From Candidatus Poribacteria bacterium (GTDB taxonomy: Bacteria > Poribacteria > WGA-4E > JAJDTR01), in NCBI GenBank assembly GCA_965222225.1, contig CBDCTK010000002.1:3232001-3296000 (forward strand): 64,000 nt of DNA. Reading direction: 5' to 3'. Each line of letters opens with the position of its first letter. Positions within the stretch are counted from its first letter, which is position 1. The translations under genes were made by a program, and so were the position numbers. Positions 49,374 to 59,103 of the stretch are shown piece by piece. The notes beneath the pieces are model-generated. The model was not told the origin of the DNA. It did no database searches and worked only from the letters and a program-made list of their open reading frames with translations.

Positions 49374-50054
49374 ATGCACGTCAATGAGTTACACCGGCGT
49401 CTCGCCCAACGCTATCCACTGAGGCAGGAAATCATCCAACTGGCGAATCGGAAAATCGCCGTAACGGTTGTGGTCGATCCGGACCAATTCCTTGATGAAT
49501 TGAGCACGGAGGAGAAGGACGGCGAATTACGCCTGCCCTATTGGGCATATCTATGGCCATCTTCAATCGCACTCGCGCGTCATCTGGATCAGATGGACTC
49601 GCCGAAGTCCCAGCGGGTTTTAGAAATCGGCTGCGGATTTGGGGTGTCGGGAATCGTCGCTTCCCAACGCGGCGGAGACGTTCTGTTTACGGACTATGAA
49701 AAGGACGCGCTGCTGTTTGCGCAATATAACGCCCTTCAAAACAGCTGCATTGAGGGAGCATCTTTCGCTCAGATGGATTGGAATGCCCCATGTTTGAAAG
49801 GCCGGTTCAGCCGCATTCTGGCGGCGGATGTAGTTTATGAGGAGAAGAATTGGGAACCGATTCTCGCCCTAATCCAAGAACATCTTGCCGTTAATGGCAC
49901 GGCGATAATTGCGGAACCGAATCGAGCTAACGCGGATGGATTTTTCGATCTGTTCAAACGCCACGGATTCACGTCGGAGGAATTCGGGTATACGGCTCTC
50001 TTGGAGGAAGACCCCTCCACCATCACCGTTTACTGTATTAGGAGGGGGGGTTAA
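49374..50054 (+). CDS. Class I SAM-dependent methyltransferase (METTL21-like)
   Basis: PYWAYLWPSSIALA, VLEIGCGFG, TDY, MDW, ILAADVVYE. Confidence 0.88.
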   Translation: MHVNELHRRLAQRYPLRQEIIQLANRKIAVTVVVDPDQFLDELSTEEKDGELRLPYWAYLWPSSIALARHLDQMDSPKSQRVLEIGCGFGVSGIVASQRGGDVLFTDYEKDALLFAQYNALQNSCIEGASFAQMDWNAPCLKGRFSRILAADVVYEEKNWEPILALIQEHLAVNGTAIIAEPNRANADGFFDLFKRHGFTSEEFGYTALLEEDPSTITVYCIRRGG

Positions 50055-50200
50055 GCGACTTGGAAGAATGGAAGGGCGGAAGATTGTAATGAGGTGTAAT
50101 GGTCAGATAAATAGCAGACACTTGGAACTCTTCACAGTTTTTGTAGCCGTTTTATTCAGCGCTAATCTGCTTCCCCTCTTTTTGTCTTCTCACGCATTAC

Positions 50201-50305
50201 GTTCAACCGAACGAATAGATCAACTGAGCGGATAGCGAAGACGATAGAGATCCCAGGGCGATAGTAAATCCCGTGCGATAGAGTTTCCAGCGCGATAGAG
50301 TTCGC
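50201..50305 (+). mobile_element. Five-piece stack of the 37-nt element inside a CACGCATTAC/ATCACGCATTA repeat
   Basis: 5' piece 50201-50217, full copy 50218-50254, 3' pieces 50255-50272, 50273-50288, 50289-50305. Confidence 0.75.
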
Positions 50306-50373
50306 ATCACGCATTAGCTACTGTAAACCATATCGTTGGCTAATACATAAAGAAGGAAGAATCTAGAACGTCC

Positions 50374-50814
50374 GTGAAAGTTGTGAAAGATACCTACCAA
50401 ACACACAGCCCGAAAGAAACACAGACAATCGGTCAACAGATTGGCGAAACCCTGAAAGCTGGTGATGTAGTCGCGCTTGTCGGCGATCTTGGAGCGGGCA
50501 AGACTTGTCTGACGCAGGGCATTGCTCGTGGGGCTCGCATCGCTTCCCACGAGGTTGTCAACAGCCCGTCCTACACCCTCATCAATGAGTACGCGGGGGA
50601 AATACCAATCTACCACATCGATCTCTACCGCCTACCAGGCCACGGCGAAATCGTCAATCTTGGATTAGAGGAATATTTGGAGGGAAACGGAATTTGCATC
50701 ATTGAGTGGGCGGACCGGATGGCCAATTTGCTGCCCGCGAACCACATCCAAATTACGATGAGTTGGGTTGATGAGTCAACCCGCGTGATTGAATTGCAAC
50801 GAATACCCACCTGA
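50374..50814 (+). CDS. tsaE: tRNA threonylcarbamoyladenosine biosynthesis ATPase
   Basis: GDLGAGKT, VNSPSYTLINEY, YHIDLYRL, IIEW. Confidence 0.95.
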   Translation: MKVVKDTYQTHSPKETQTIGQQIGETLKAGDVVALVGDLGAGKTCLTQGIARGARIASHEVVNSPSYTLINEYAGEIPIYHIDLYRLPGHGEIVNLGLEEYLEGNGICIIEWADRMANLLPANHIQITMSWVDESTRVIELQRIPT

Positions 50815-50843
50815 AATAGGTCACTCGCACCCGATTCTCGCCT

Positions 50844-50874
50844 GTAGGTTGGGTTGAACACAGTGAAATCCAAC
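50844..50874 (+). repeat. Uninterrupted GTAG REP-like element
   Basis: GTAGGTTGGGTTGAACACAGTGAAATCCAAC. Confidence 0.7.
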
Positions 50875-50968
50875 TATTTAGCCTCCATTCCTTCCCTCCA
50901 GAGAAAAGATCCATTGGGGACGGTGTGGAAGATGTTCCCCAACCTTCCGCTCTTCCATCCTTCCAACC

Positions 50969-51811
50969 CTATTCCCACGTCCGCTTCAATGGATCATGGA
51001 TATTGACCGTCAACGCAGGCCCCAACCCTTCTATCTCAAGGCGCAGCGTGTCGCCGTCTTGAATCGGCGACAGCGATTCATGGTGGGTTCCGGTGGACAC
51101 CACATCTCCCGGTTCAAGCGTCAAGACGTTGGTAACCTCCTCAAGCAATTCGGGAATAAAGCGATCCATGGAGTTGGAGGAGAAGTCATGTCGTAGGTCC
51201 TCGTTCACCCAAAGCCGGATGCCGAGTTCATTCGGGTCTTCAATCTCATCCGCCGTGACCAGTGCGGGGCCCATCGGCGCGAAAGTATGCCAACTCTTCC
51301 CAAGGAAAAAGCCTCCGTGCAAGCCGCGGGCTGAGCCGTCTATGAATTGCGTGTATCCGAATACGTGATCCATGGCGTCGGCTTGCGAAACCCGGCTTGC
51401 TGTTGTCCCGATCACCAATGCCAACTCCGGTTCAAAGTGAAAAACGGTGGCATCGGATGAAGGAAATTCGGAGGTGTCGCCTGTGCCGATAATACTCGTC
51501 GGCGACTTGAGGAACGCATTAAACTCTCCACGATCGGGTGATGCAGGTTCAATATAATTTCCGGCGAGGCAGACCAATTGGCCAGGTCGCGGTAGCGGCG
51601 CTCTGAGACGCACGTCCGCAAGTGACTCGCCGTCTCCCCCAGCAACCGCGCTTTCTATTTCAGGTTCGAGGTCGCTGAAATCCTCAATCAGCATTTTCAT
51701 CAGCTCTTGCGGCGTATGGTAGGATATGCCATCCACCGCGGAACCTGCATCAATAATTCGATCGCCCTTTATCACACCAAGTTGGTAGTCATTGAAAAGC
51801 GCAAGCTTCAT
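50969..51811 (-). CDS. Fumarylacetoacetate hydrolase family protein
   Basis: FLKSPTSI, HFEPELALVIG, GKSWHTFAPMGP, TLEPGDVVSTGT. Confidence 0.9.
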   Translation of the reverse strand: MKLALFNDYQLGVIKGDRIIDAGSAVDGISYHTPQELMKMLIEDFSDLEPEIESAVAGGDGESLADVRLRAPLPRPGQLVCLAGNYIEPASPDRGEFNAFLKSPTSIIGTGDTSEFPSSDATVFHFEPELALVIGTTASRVSQADAMDHVFGYTQFIDGSARGLHGGFFLGKSWHTFAPMGPALVTADEIEDPNELGIRLWVNEDLRHDFSSNSMDRFIPELLEEVTNVLTLEPGDVVSTGTHHESLSPIQDGDTLRLEIEGLGPALTVNIHDPLKRTWE

Positions 51812-52111
51812 TTCTTAATCTCCTTGTAGAATCTGTTTCAAGGTGGTGTATTACTACGACATGCTGGGAAAATCCACGCGATAGCGAAAATGAATTAACG
51901 AGTAATGCGTGATACGTAATGGAGTCATTTGGACATTCGGCATCACATTATATTATGAAGGTTTCATTATAGCACGGACGATGTCAATATGGAATAAATA
52001 TCGTTGCATGGTGGGCAATGCCAACCAAAATAATAACGCAAATTGGCACGAAAAAAGGCAGGCCACTACCGACCTGCCTTCCATTACATGTGTTTCAGTA
52101 ATTTCTGTGAT

Positions 52112-53194
52112 TTACCGCTCGCGATCGCCATCAACAAATTCTTGCAATTGTTGAAGTGCGAGACCATCTTCATCAATTGAAATTGGCGGGTGTTTGGTCA
52201 ACACTGCCGATGCGGAATGGAGAGGTCCCGAAACACCCCGGTCAAGCCCTACCTTCATGAATCGAGCCATGTCCGCTATCACGCCGCCAAAATTCGCGCT
52301 GTCTTCCACCTCAAGTTTCGCCTCGAAGTGCAGGGGCGCTCCGCCGTAATTGACGCCATCGACGTAGAAAATCGCAGTTTTGCGGTCACCCATCAACTCG
52401 ACGTAGGAAAATCCTGTGGAAATCTCGGTCTCCGGCGAAACCAACGACGCAAGCGCCTCCCGTTTTGTTTTGTGTTTCGACTGCCCACGATGAACGAGGT
52501 TGTAAAAATCTGTGTTGCCGGCGTAGTTTACCTGATACGTGCGTTCAACATGGATGCCTCTGGCTTTCAACAGTTGAAGGAGCGCTCGATGAATCGCCGT
52601 CCCACCAAGTTGACTCTTCACGTCGTCGCCTATGAGCGGGACGTTGTTTTCCACTGCCGCCTGCTGGTAAGCGGGATCGCAAACAATCAACTCCGGCATA
52701 CCGTTAATGAAACCTATCTGGGCTTCTTTTATGGCAGCGTCCGCGTAAAATCTCGCGGCTTCCGCCGATGCGGTTGGCAGGAAGTTTAACAACATTTCCG
52801 CACCGCTTTCTCGCAGGACTTTAACGACATCCACCGGCGGTCGATCTGCAACTTCCACAAATTCTGCTAACGCCGGGGTAACTCCATCCATCACGGGCCC
52901 CATCTGCACCGTCACCCCACAATCCGCCACTTCGATATCCGGATATCGGTAAGCGATATTGGCGCCTGAAAAAATGGCTTTCGACAAATCTAATCCGACC
53001 CGGCGCGCATCGACGTCAAAGGCTGCCACCGGGACAATATCGGTGACTTTGTACCCGCCGATGTCAACATTGATGAGCCCGGGCGCCTCTGCTCCGAACT
53101 TTCGATAATAAGTCAAACCTTGGATAAAAGCGCTGCTACAATTACCAACACCAACTATCGCAACCCGTATTGGATTGTCTGCTTCCCATGTCAT
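52112..53194 (-). CDS. ino1: Myo-inositol-1-phosphate synthase family protein
   Basis: RVAIVGVGNCSS, AAFDVD, IGDDVKSQLG.T, QVNYAGNTDF, GDRK, KLEVEDS.N. Confidence 0.88.
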   Translation of the reverse strand: MTWEADNPIRVAIVGVGNCSSAFIQGLTYYRKFGAEAPGLINVDIGGYKVTDIVPVAAFDVDARRVGLDLSKAIFSGANIAYRYPDIEVADCGVTVQMGPVMDGVTPALAEFVEVADRPPVDVVKVLRESGAEMLLNFLPTASAEAARFYADAAIKEAQIGFINGMPELIVCDPAYQQAAVENNVPLIGDDVKSQLGGTAIHRALLQLLKARGIHVERTYQVNYAGNTDFYNLVHRGQSKHKTKREALASLVSPETEISTGFSYVELMGDRKTAIFYVDGVNYGGAPLHFEAKLEVEDSANFGGVIADMARFMKVGLDRGVSGPLHSASAVLTKHPPISIDEDGLALQQLQEFVDGDRER

Positions 53195-53274
53195 AAATTT
53201 TCTCCTTAAGCGGTGTACACTCGCAAGATGCGCCTCTCAGTTACGGAGTGCGCCCCGTGATGTTCAAATACCTT

Positions 53275-55731
53275 CTAAATTCCCAATTGATTGCGTCTTA
53301 CAATCTCCTCTACGTTTTGGACAGTGCTGACTTTATGGTTTTTAAGCGGCAAAATTCGCTCGTGAATCGTATCAAGGATCCACTCCTTCTGTGGGAAAAA
53401 CGCCTCCTCTAATTCCGCGGGCGGCGTAATCCAGTTGCGAGCTCCGACCACAGCGACCGGCCCATCCAGATGATTGAACGCCAACTGACTGATATTCGAC
53501 GCCATCGTGTGCAGAAATGATCCCCGCTCACAGGCATCGGAAACGAGTACGACTTTGCCGGTTTTTTCCACCGACTCGACAATTTTCTCGTAGTTGAGCG
53601 GATTGATAAAGCGGGCATCAATCACTTCGGCGGTGATACCGTGTTTATCCTCTAGCTCCTCTGCCGCTTCCAATGCTCGGTAGAGGGCTGCCCCAACTGT
53701 AGCAATGGTCAAATCTCCGCCCTCACGCCGGAGCGCTGGCTCCCCCAATTCGACCTCATAGTATTCTGTCGGCACACCTCCTTCGACGAGTGTTTCCGGC
53801 TCGGGGTACAAACGTTGACTTTCAAAAAACACAACCGGGTCCGTGCCTCGCAGTGCCAAACTCAACATCCCCTTCGCGTCGTAGGCGGTTGCGGGAAACA
53901 TCACTTTCAAGCCCGGGATATGTGCCACGATGGAGGTCCAATCTTGCGAATGCTGCGCTCCGTATTTCGATCCGACAGATACACGCAACACCATCGGCAT
54001 CTGAAGGACGTTTGCGGACATGGATTGCCATTTTGCCATCTGGTTGAATATTTCGTCGCCGGCACGTCCCATAAAATCGCAATACATCAGCTCCGCCACC
54101 ACGCGGCCTCCGGAGAGCGCATACCCGACAGCAGTTCCGACAATCGCCGCCTCGGAAATCGGCGAGTTGAACAAGCGGTGATAAGGCAGGCACTCCGTCA
54201 ATCCGCGGTAAACGCTGAACGCGCCGCCCCAGTCACGGTTCTCCTCCCCGTAGGCAATCATCGTCGGATCTTCGTAGAAACGGTGCATCAAGGCTTCAAA
54301 GAGCGCCTCGGCATAGGTCAAGGTCTGAAGTTTGGGCAGCGGTTTTCCATCTTTTAGTCCAAAGCGGTGTTTCGTTTCCGTAGTCTTGAGACGGCTCTCG
54401 GACTTCAGAATGAGAACCTCGGGCTTATCTTCACTCAGCCGTTCCTCATACTGATCGGAGAACATCATCTCCCCAATGCTATCAACGTGAATGCTGACAC
54501 GCGGCGAGATTTCGAGGGAAGTCGCCGCCTCAAACACTTTCACCAATCTCTCCGTAACATCATCTCGAAAGGCGTCCAAGCGAGCGCTATCGGCATGGCG
54601 ATGTTCCTTAAGGTATCCCCCGTAATTTATCAATGCATCCTGTTGATACCACATGTCCATTTCGGATTTGTCGCGATAGGAGGACGCATCCGACGGTGAA
54701 TGTCCGGAGAATCGGTAGGTCACCGTATCCAGCAGAACGGGTCCCTGTCCCTCTTCCAAGACCTCCCGTTTGCGCTCTACTGCATCTGCCACCGCCAACG
54801 GATTATACCCGTCAATGCGTTCTGAGTGCATGGCATCCGGGTTAACTCCTGAACCGACCCGCGCCAGAATCCCAAAGCCCATCGTTTCACCCTTGGACTG
54901 CCCGCCCATACCGTAAAAGTTGTTCATGAAATTGAAGAGAATTGGCGGGTTGCCTCCCACCTCCTGATCCCAAAGCGTCCGATACTGATCCATCGCGGCA
55001 AAAGTGATGGCTTCCCACACGGGACCGCACCCCATGGAGGCGTCGCCGATATTGGCAATGACAATCCCGGGTTTACGATTAACGCGCTTGAACAGAGCGG
55101 CGCCTGTCGCGATATCCGCCGATCCGCCGACGATGGCATTGTTGGGCATAACGCCAAACGGCGGGAAAAAGGCGTGCATTGACCCGCCCATGCCCTTATT
55201 GAACCCGTTCTCCCTGCCCAAGATCTCGGCGAGCGTGCCGTACAGCGTATAGTTAATTGCCAAATCTTTCGCGTCGCCCCTCGTAAATCCATCCACTACG
55301 CGCAACGACGCACCGTCCATGTACGACTCCATGATACCCATCAAGTCGTTCTCGCTCAGTTTTTCAATCGCCGCGAAACTCTTCGCCAGTATCTCCCCGT
55401 GACTCCGATGAGAGCCGAATATATAATCCTCCGCCGAGAGGTAAAAACATTGACCAACCGCCGCCGCCTCCTGTCCTATGGACAAATGGGCGGGCCCCCG
55501 ATGATCGTACTCCATGCCGCTGTAGGCGCCCTCCTTCTTCACCCCATCCAGCATGCTCTCAAATTCACGAATGTAGACCATGTCCCGATAAATCCGCACC
55601 AAATTCCCGCTGCCATATTTCTTTGCCTCCTGCTCAGGAGTCGCGGCATAGGCGTTCACCGGTATCTCTTGGCTCTTAATCACCGATCTCTGGCGAACTT
55701 CTGACGGATCTATCGTAAGTGACTTCGGCAT
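53275..55731 (-). CDS. 2-oxoacid dehydrogenase E1, fused alpha and beta subunits (TPP-dependent)
   Basis: HLSIGQE, GGSMH, GDAS...NN TPP motif, YRFSGHS.SD, NSPISE, GAQHSQ. Confidence 0.9.
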   Translation of the reverse strand: MPKSLTIDPSEVRQRSVIKSQEIPVNAYAATPEQEAKKYGSGNLVRIYRDMVYIREFESMLDGVKKEGAYSGMEYDHRGPAHLSIGQEAAAVGQCFYLSAEDYIFGSHRSHGEILAKSFAAIEKLSENDLMGIMESYMDGASLRVVDGFTRGDAKDLAINYTLYGTLAEILGRENGFNKGMGGSMHAFFPPFGVMPNNAIVGGSADIATGAALFKRVNRKPGIVIANIGDASMGCGPVWEAITFAAMDQYRTLWDQEVGGNPPILFNFMNNFYGMGGQSKGETMGFGILARVGSGVNPDAMHSERIDGYNPLAVADAVERKREVLEEGQGPVLLDTVTYRFSGHSPSDASSYRDKSEMDMWYQQDALINYGGYLKEHRHADSARLDAFRDDVTERLVKVFEAATSLEISPRVSIHVDSIGEMMFSDQYEERLSEDKPEVLILKSESRLKTTETKHRFGLKDGKPLPKLQTLTYAEALFEALMHRFYEDPTMIAYGEENRDWGGAFSVYRGLTECLPYHRLFNSPISEAAIVGTAVGYALSGGRVVAELMYCDFMGRAGDEIFNQMAKWQSMSANVLQMPMVLRVSVGSKYGAQHSQDWTSIVAHIPGLKVMFPATAYDAKGMLSLALRGTDPVVFFESQRLYPEPETLVEGGVPTEYYEVELGEPALRREGGDLTIATVGAALYRALEAAEELEDKHGITAEVIDARFINPLNYEKIVESVEKTGKVVLVSDACERGSFLHTMASNISQLAFNHLDGPVAVVGARNWITPPAELEEAFFPQKEWILDTIHERILPLKNHKVSTVQNVEEIVRRNQLGI

Positions 55732-55783
55732 TCTCTTCTTAACTTTCCGGCTTCAATTCCTGATTCTGCAACGACCAAACCCT

Positions 55784-57061
55784 CTAGATTGCCAAGAACA
55801 AATCAATAGCAGCCAATCGTAGCGAGAGCGCGCCTATAAAGCGGGCAGCAGAGGCGCCATCAACTGCCTGATGGTCTATCGTTAATGACAACCCGATGTG
55901 CGAGAGGTGTTGTATCTCGCCGTCAACCTCCACCGGCTTCAGATTCACATTGCCCACACCGAGGATGCCCACCTGCGGTGGGTTTAATATCGGGGTGAAG
56001 TTCTCAATCCCCAAACTCCCTAGATTTGTCACTGTAAATGTGCCGCCGGTCAACTCATCGGGGGAGATGTTTCCTTCCAAACATGCAGCCGTCAATCGTG
56101 TCGTTTCTAGCGAAATCGCTTTCAGATTCAAAGTGTTAGCGTCCCGAATGACGGGCACCATCAGGCACCGAGGCGTATCCACGGCAAACCCTAGATGCAC
56201 ATCTTCGTATTGGGAGATTGTGTTCCTGCGGAGCAGGGCGTTCAACTCTGGATGGTCAGGCAAGGTGCGCGACACGGCGAAAAGGATGAAATCGTTAATT
56301 GTGACGTTCCGAAGATTGAATGCTTCGGCGCTACTCTTCAAACGCTGGCGATAGGATAATAAGGCGCGCGCATCTGCCGAGGCATTGAGCGTAAGCTGCG
56401 CGGTCGTTTGAATCGAATGCAGCATTCGCTCGGCGATAATCTTGCGCGTGCCTTGCAGTGGAACTGCTTGCGCTTCACCCGGAGGGGGCTCAAGCTGAAC
56501 CGGGGAACTTGACCTCGTTTGAACCGCTGCGGGTTTCGCAGCAGCCGTAGGCGCGGCTTGAACGTCTCTCTCAATTATGCGTCCTCCCGGACCTGTACCC
56601 CGGATGCCGGAGATATCCACCCCTAGCTCCTCTGCCAAACTCGCCGCCCGCGGTGATATGCGGCGTTTAAGCCGGTCGGGCTTAGAAGGATGCTCTTGGG
56701 GCGGCTCCAATGCCTCCGGTTGGGTGGGGACAGCCTGAACCGGTTCGTCGGAAGTAGTGGACGATTTGTCGTCGGACTGGAAGACCATCGCTACGGCGGG
56801 TTTTAGGCTGGAAACATCCTCGCCGGGTTCACCAATGGCGGCGATGTTAACCTGTACAGCGACCTCTTCTCCCTCGTCGAAAAACAGATCCAATAGAGTG
56901 CCGGACGCGGGGCTTTCCACTTCCAATGCGGATTTGTCGGTTTCCACCTCGCAGAGCGGTTCCCCTGCGGTAATTGAATCGCCCTTATGTTTCTTCCAAC
57001 CGACGATAATACAGGTTTCGACTGACTGCCCGAGTTTGGGCATTACGACCGCTGTTGCCAT
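55784..57061 (-). CDS. Dihydrolipoamide acyltransferase E2
   Basis: Lipoyl domain EVETDKS, E3-binding GTGPGGRIIERDV, catalytic DHQAVDG. Confidence 0.93.
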   Translation of the reverse strand: MATAVVMPKLGQSVETCIIVGWKKHKGDSITAGEPLCEVETDKSALEVESPASGTLLDLFFDEGEEVAVQVNIAAIGEPGEDVSSLKPAVAMVFQSDDKSSTTSDEPVQAVPTQPEALEPPQEHPSKPDRLKRRISPRAASLAEELGVDISGIRGTGPGGRIIERDVQAAPTAAAKPAAVQTRSSSPVQLEPPPGEAQAVPLQGTRKIIAERMLHSIQTTAQLTLNASADARALLSYRQRLKSSAEAFNLRNVTINDFILFAVSRTLPDHPELNALLRRNTISQYEDVHLGFAVDTPRCLMVPVIRDANTLNLKAISLETTRLTAACLEGNISPDELTGGTFTVTNLGSLGIENFTPILNPPQVGILGVGNVNLKPVEVDGEIQHLSHIGLSLTIDHQAVDGASAARFIGALSLRLAAIDLFLAI

Positions 57062-57151
57062 AAGGTTTTTTTACTTCAGCGTGTTTGATGTGTTTTCATG
57101 AATGTTTGTAATGGTCAGGAAGGTGCGAAACACTCAAAGTTGCTTCCCGCA

Positions 57152-57224
57152 GGGAACTCTATCGATCAACTGAGCGGATAGCGATGGCGATAGAATATCC
57201 TGCTCCCTATTCGGTCACTTGATC
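57152..57224. mobile_element. Forward 37-nt element (57164-57201) inserted inside a reverse copy
   Basis: GGGAACTCTATC [GATCAACTGAGCGGATAGCGATGGCGATAGAATATCCT] GCTCCCTATTCGGTCACTTGATC. Confidence 0.8.
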
Positions 57225-57558
57225 GGTTTCGACGCTTATCGTCTTTACTGTCGCGACCCCAAACTCCCACGTTTTCCCTTTAAGATTTTAACATCTGTCC
57301 CTTACCTTTTGCCAATGAAAAGTCAGTCCCTGAAAACGCCTCGCTTGGCGCTTCATCTATACCCATTCCATTAACCGCAATTGAGGGTGAGTCGGCACGT
57401 CGAGAGGTTGACACAAGTGACGTTGTCCGTCAATTCATTGGCAAGGAGAGAGAGAGGGATGTTACTCTTTATGACTTTGCAACGCGGACTTATTGACAGT
57501 ACATAGAGACATTTGCATGAAGGAGTTTACGAGGCAATAGGAAGTCGCGATTCGGAGA

Positions 57559-57618
57559 GGAATTTTCTATGGGAGCTCTATGGGATTGCTATCGCGTTCG
57601 CTATCCACTCACTTGATC
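57559..57618 (-). mobile_element. 37-nt element plus two stacked 11-12 nt 3' fragments
   Basis: Reverse complement: GATCAAGTGAGTGGATAGCGAACGCGATAGCAATCCC ATAGAGCTCCC ATAGAAAATTCC. Confidence 0.75.
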
Positions 57619-57671
57619 CCTCATTTTAATATCCCACAACGTCCCAACTTCCACGAAAAGGAAACTCAACC

Positions 57672-58703
57672 ATGACAACGACAACCAAAGTTGGTATTAT
57701 CGGCGCCGGTGGCATCGGGGCGGGAAAGCATCTGCCCGGACATCGGGGGGTCAAAGACGTGTCGATCATTGCCGTGTGCGACATTGACGAATCGAAAGCG
57801 AAAGAGTTCGCTAAGCAACACGAGATAGAGCACGTCTTTTCGGATTACAACGACCTCCTCGCCATGGACGAGATAGACGCGGTAAGCGTGTGTACCCCGA
57901 ACAATTTCCATGCGCCGCCAACGATTGCCGCGTTGGAGGCAGGCAAGCATGTCATTTGCGAGAAACCGATGGCGAGCAATGCGATTGATGGACAAGCCAT
58001 GGTTGATGCCTATCATGCGTCGGGAAAGATACTCCAGATCGGTCTGCAGAACCGATTCACGGTGGAATCGAGAACCTTGAGAAAACTCTGTGACGAGGGA
58101 TTCTTCGGGGACATTTACTATGCCCGCGCCATGTCGGTGCGCCGACGCGGCGTGCCCGGGACGCCGTCTTTCATCACGAAAGCTATCTCCGGCGGCGGTC
58201 CGCTCATCGACATCGGCGTGCATATTCTTGACGCGCTGCTGTGGATTCTCGGATGTCCCAAGCCGGTTGAGGCGTTCGGATTCACCGCGCAGAAATTCGG
58301 GAATCAGAAGGACGTAATCAATCCGTGGGGTAGTTGGGATCCTGCCCAATTCGAAGTCGAAGATTTCGCGATGGGGGTTGTTCACTTTGAAGGCGGACTA
58401 ACGGTCGCACTGGAGACCGCATGGGCGTCTCACATCGACAACATCGGCACAACATTCTTCATAGGCGATCGCGCCGGCGCGACGCACTCCCCGCTTCGCA
58501 TCTACACGGACAAGGACGGAAAGATGATCGACTATGAACCTGAACCCCTTACCAATTTGACCGGTGAGTTTGAATCTTTCCACAATGCGATTCGAGAGGG
58601 ATTGCCGTCGCCAGTGCCCCCGGAGGAAACGCTGATAATCACCAAGATTTTTGACGCCATGTACGAATCTGCTCGGATTGGCAGGTCGGTACCGGTTGAG
58701 TGA
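57672..58703 (+). CDS. Gfo/Idh/MocA family oxidoreductase
   Basis: VGIIGAGGI, CTPNNFH, GKHVICEKPMA, GGGPLIDIGVH.LD. Confidence 0.92.
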   Translation: MTTTTKVGIIGAGGIGAGKHLPGHRGVKDVSIIAVCDIDESKAKEFAKQHEIEHVFSDYNDLLAMDEIDAVSVCTPNNFHAPPTIAALEAGKHVICEKPMASNAIDGQAMVDAYHASGKILQIGLQNRFTVESRTLRKLCDEGFFGDIYYARAMSVRRRGVPGTPSFITKAISGGGPLIDIGVHILDALLWILGCPKPVEAFGFTAQKFGNQKDVINPWGSWDPAQFEVEDFAMGVVHFEGGLTVALETAWASHIDNIGTTFFIGDRAGATHSPLRIYTDKDGKMIDYEPEPLTNLTGEFESFHNAIREGLPSPVPPEETLIITKIFDAMYESARIGRSVPVE

Positions 58704-58748
58704 AAAGGCAGCGGTCAGTGGTTGGAGACTGTCTGAATCGCGGATTCA

Positions 58749-58819
58749 GGGATCTCTATGGGACTTCTATCGCGGTCACTATCCGTTTCCTTGATCCCTC
58801 GCTGTCCACTCGGTTGATT
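58749..58819 (-). mobile_element. Self-nested pair of 37-nt elements inside a GTCTGAATCGCGGATT...GGATTA repeat
   Basis: Inner copy 58760-58796 splits an outer copy; near-identical to 60706-60776. Confidence 0.75.
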
Positions 58820-58888
58820 GGATTAGACACGGGTAGTAGGGCAATTTACCTGTAATTCAATGGGCTTCAGCCGTCTGTTACCATTTCC

Positions 58889-59098
58889 TTACATTTTAGC
58901 CAGAGTCTTCCATGCTCGTTCGTACTTTTTCATGATTTTCTTTAGGGCGATCTCGGCATCAGGCTCCACTGGATGAGCCGTGTCCCGCGCCTGTTTATTC
59001 TGAAGATCGACAAGCAAGTCAACGACCAATTTGAGCTCTTCTGTGGACAGTTGTTTGATTAACGCAACGGCTTGTTGTTGTAGTTCTGCTTTTCCCAT
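58889..59098 (-). CDS. Small helical protein (DUF2281-like, possible antitoxin)
   Basis: 69 aa, LIKQLSTEELKLVVDLL...YERAWKTLAK; a paralog with a nonsense codon lies at 60846-61055. Confidence 0.6.
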   Translation of the reverse strand: MGKAELQQQAVALIKQLSTEELKLVVDLLVDLQNKQARDTAHPVEPDAEIALKKIMKKYERAWKTLAKM

Positions 59099-59103
59099 GG
59101 CAA

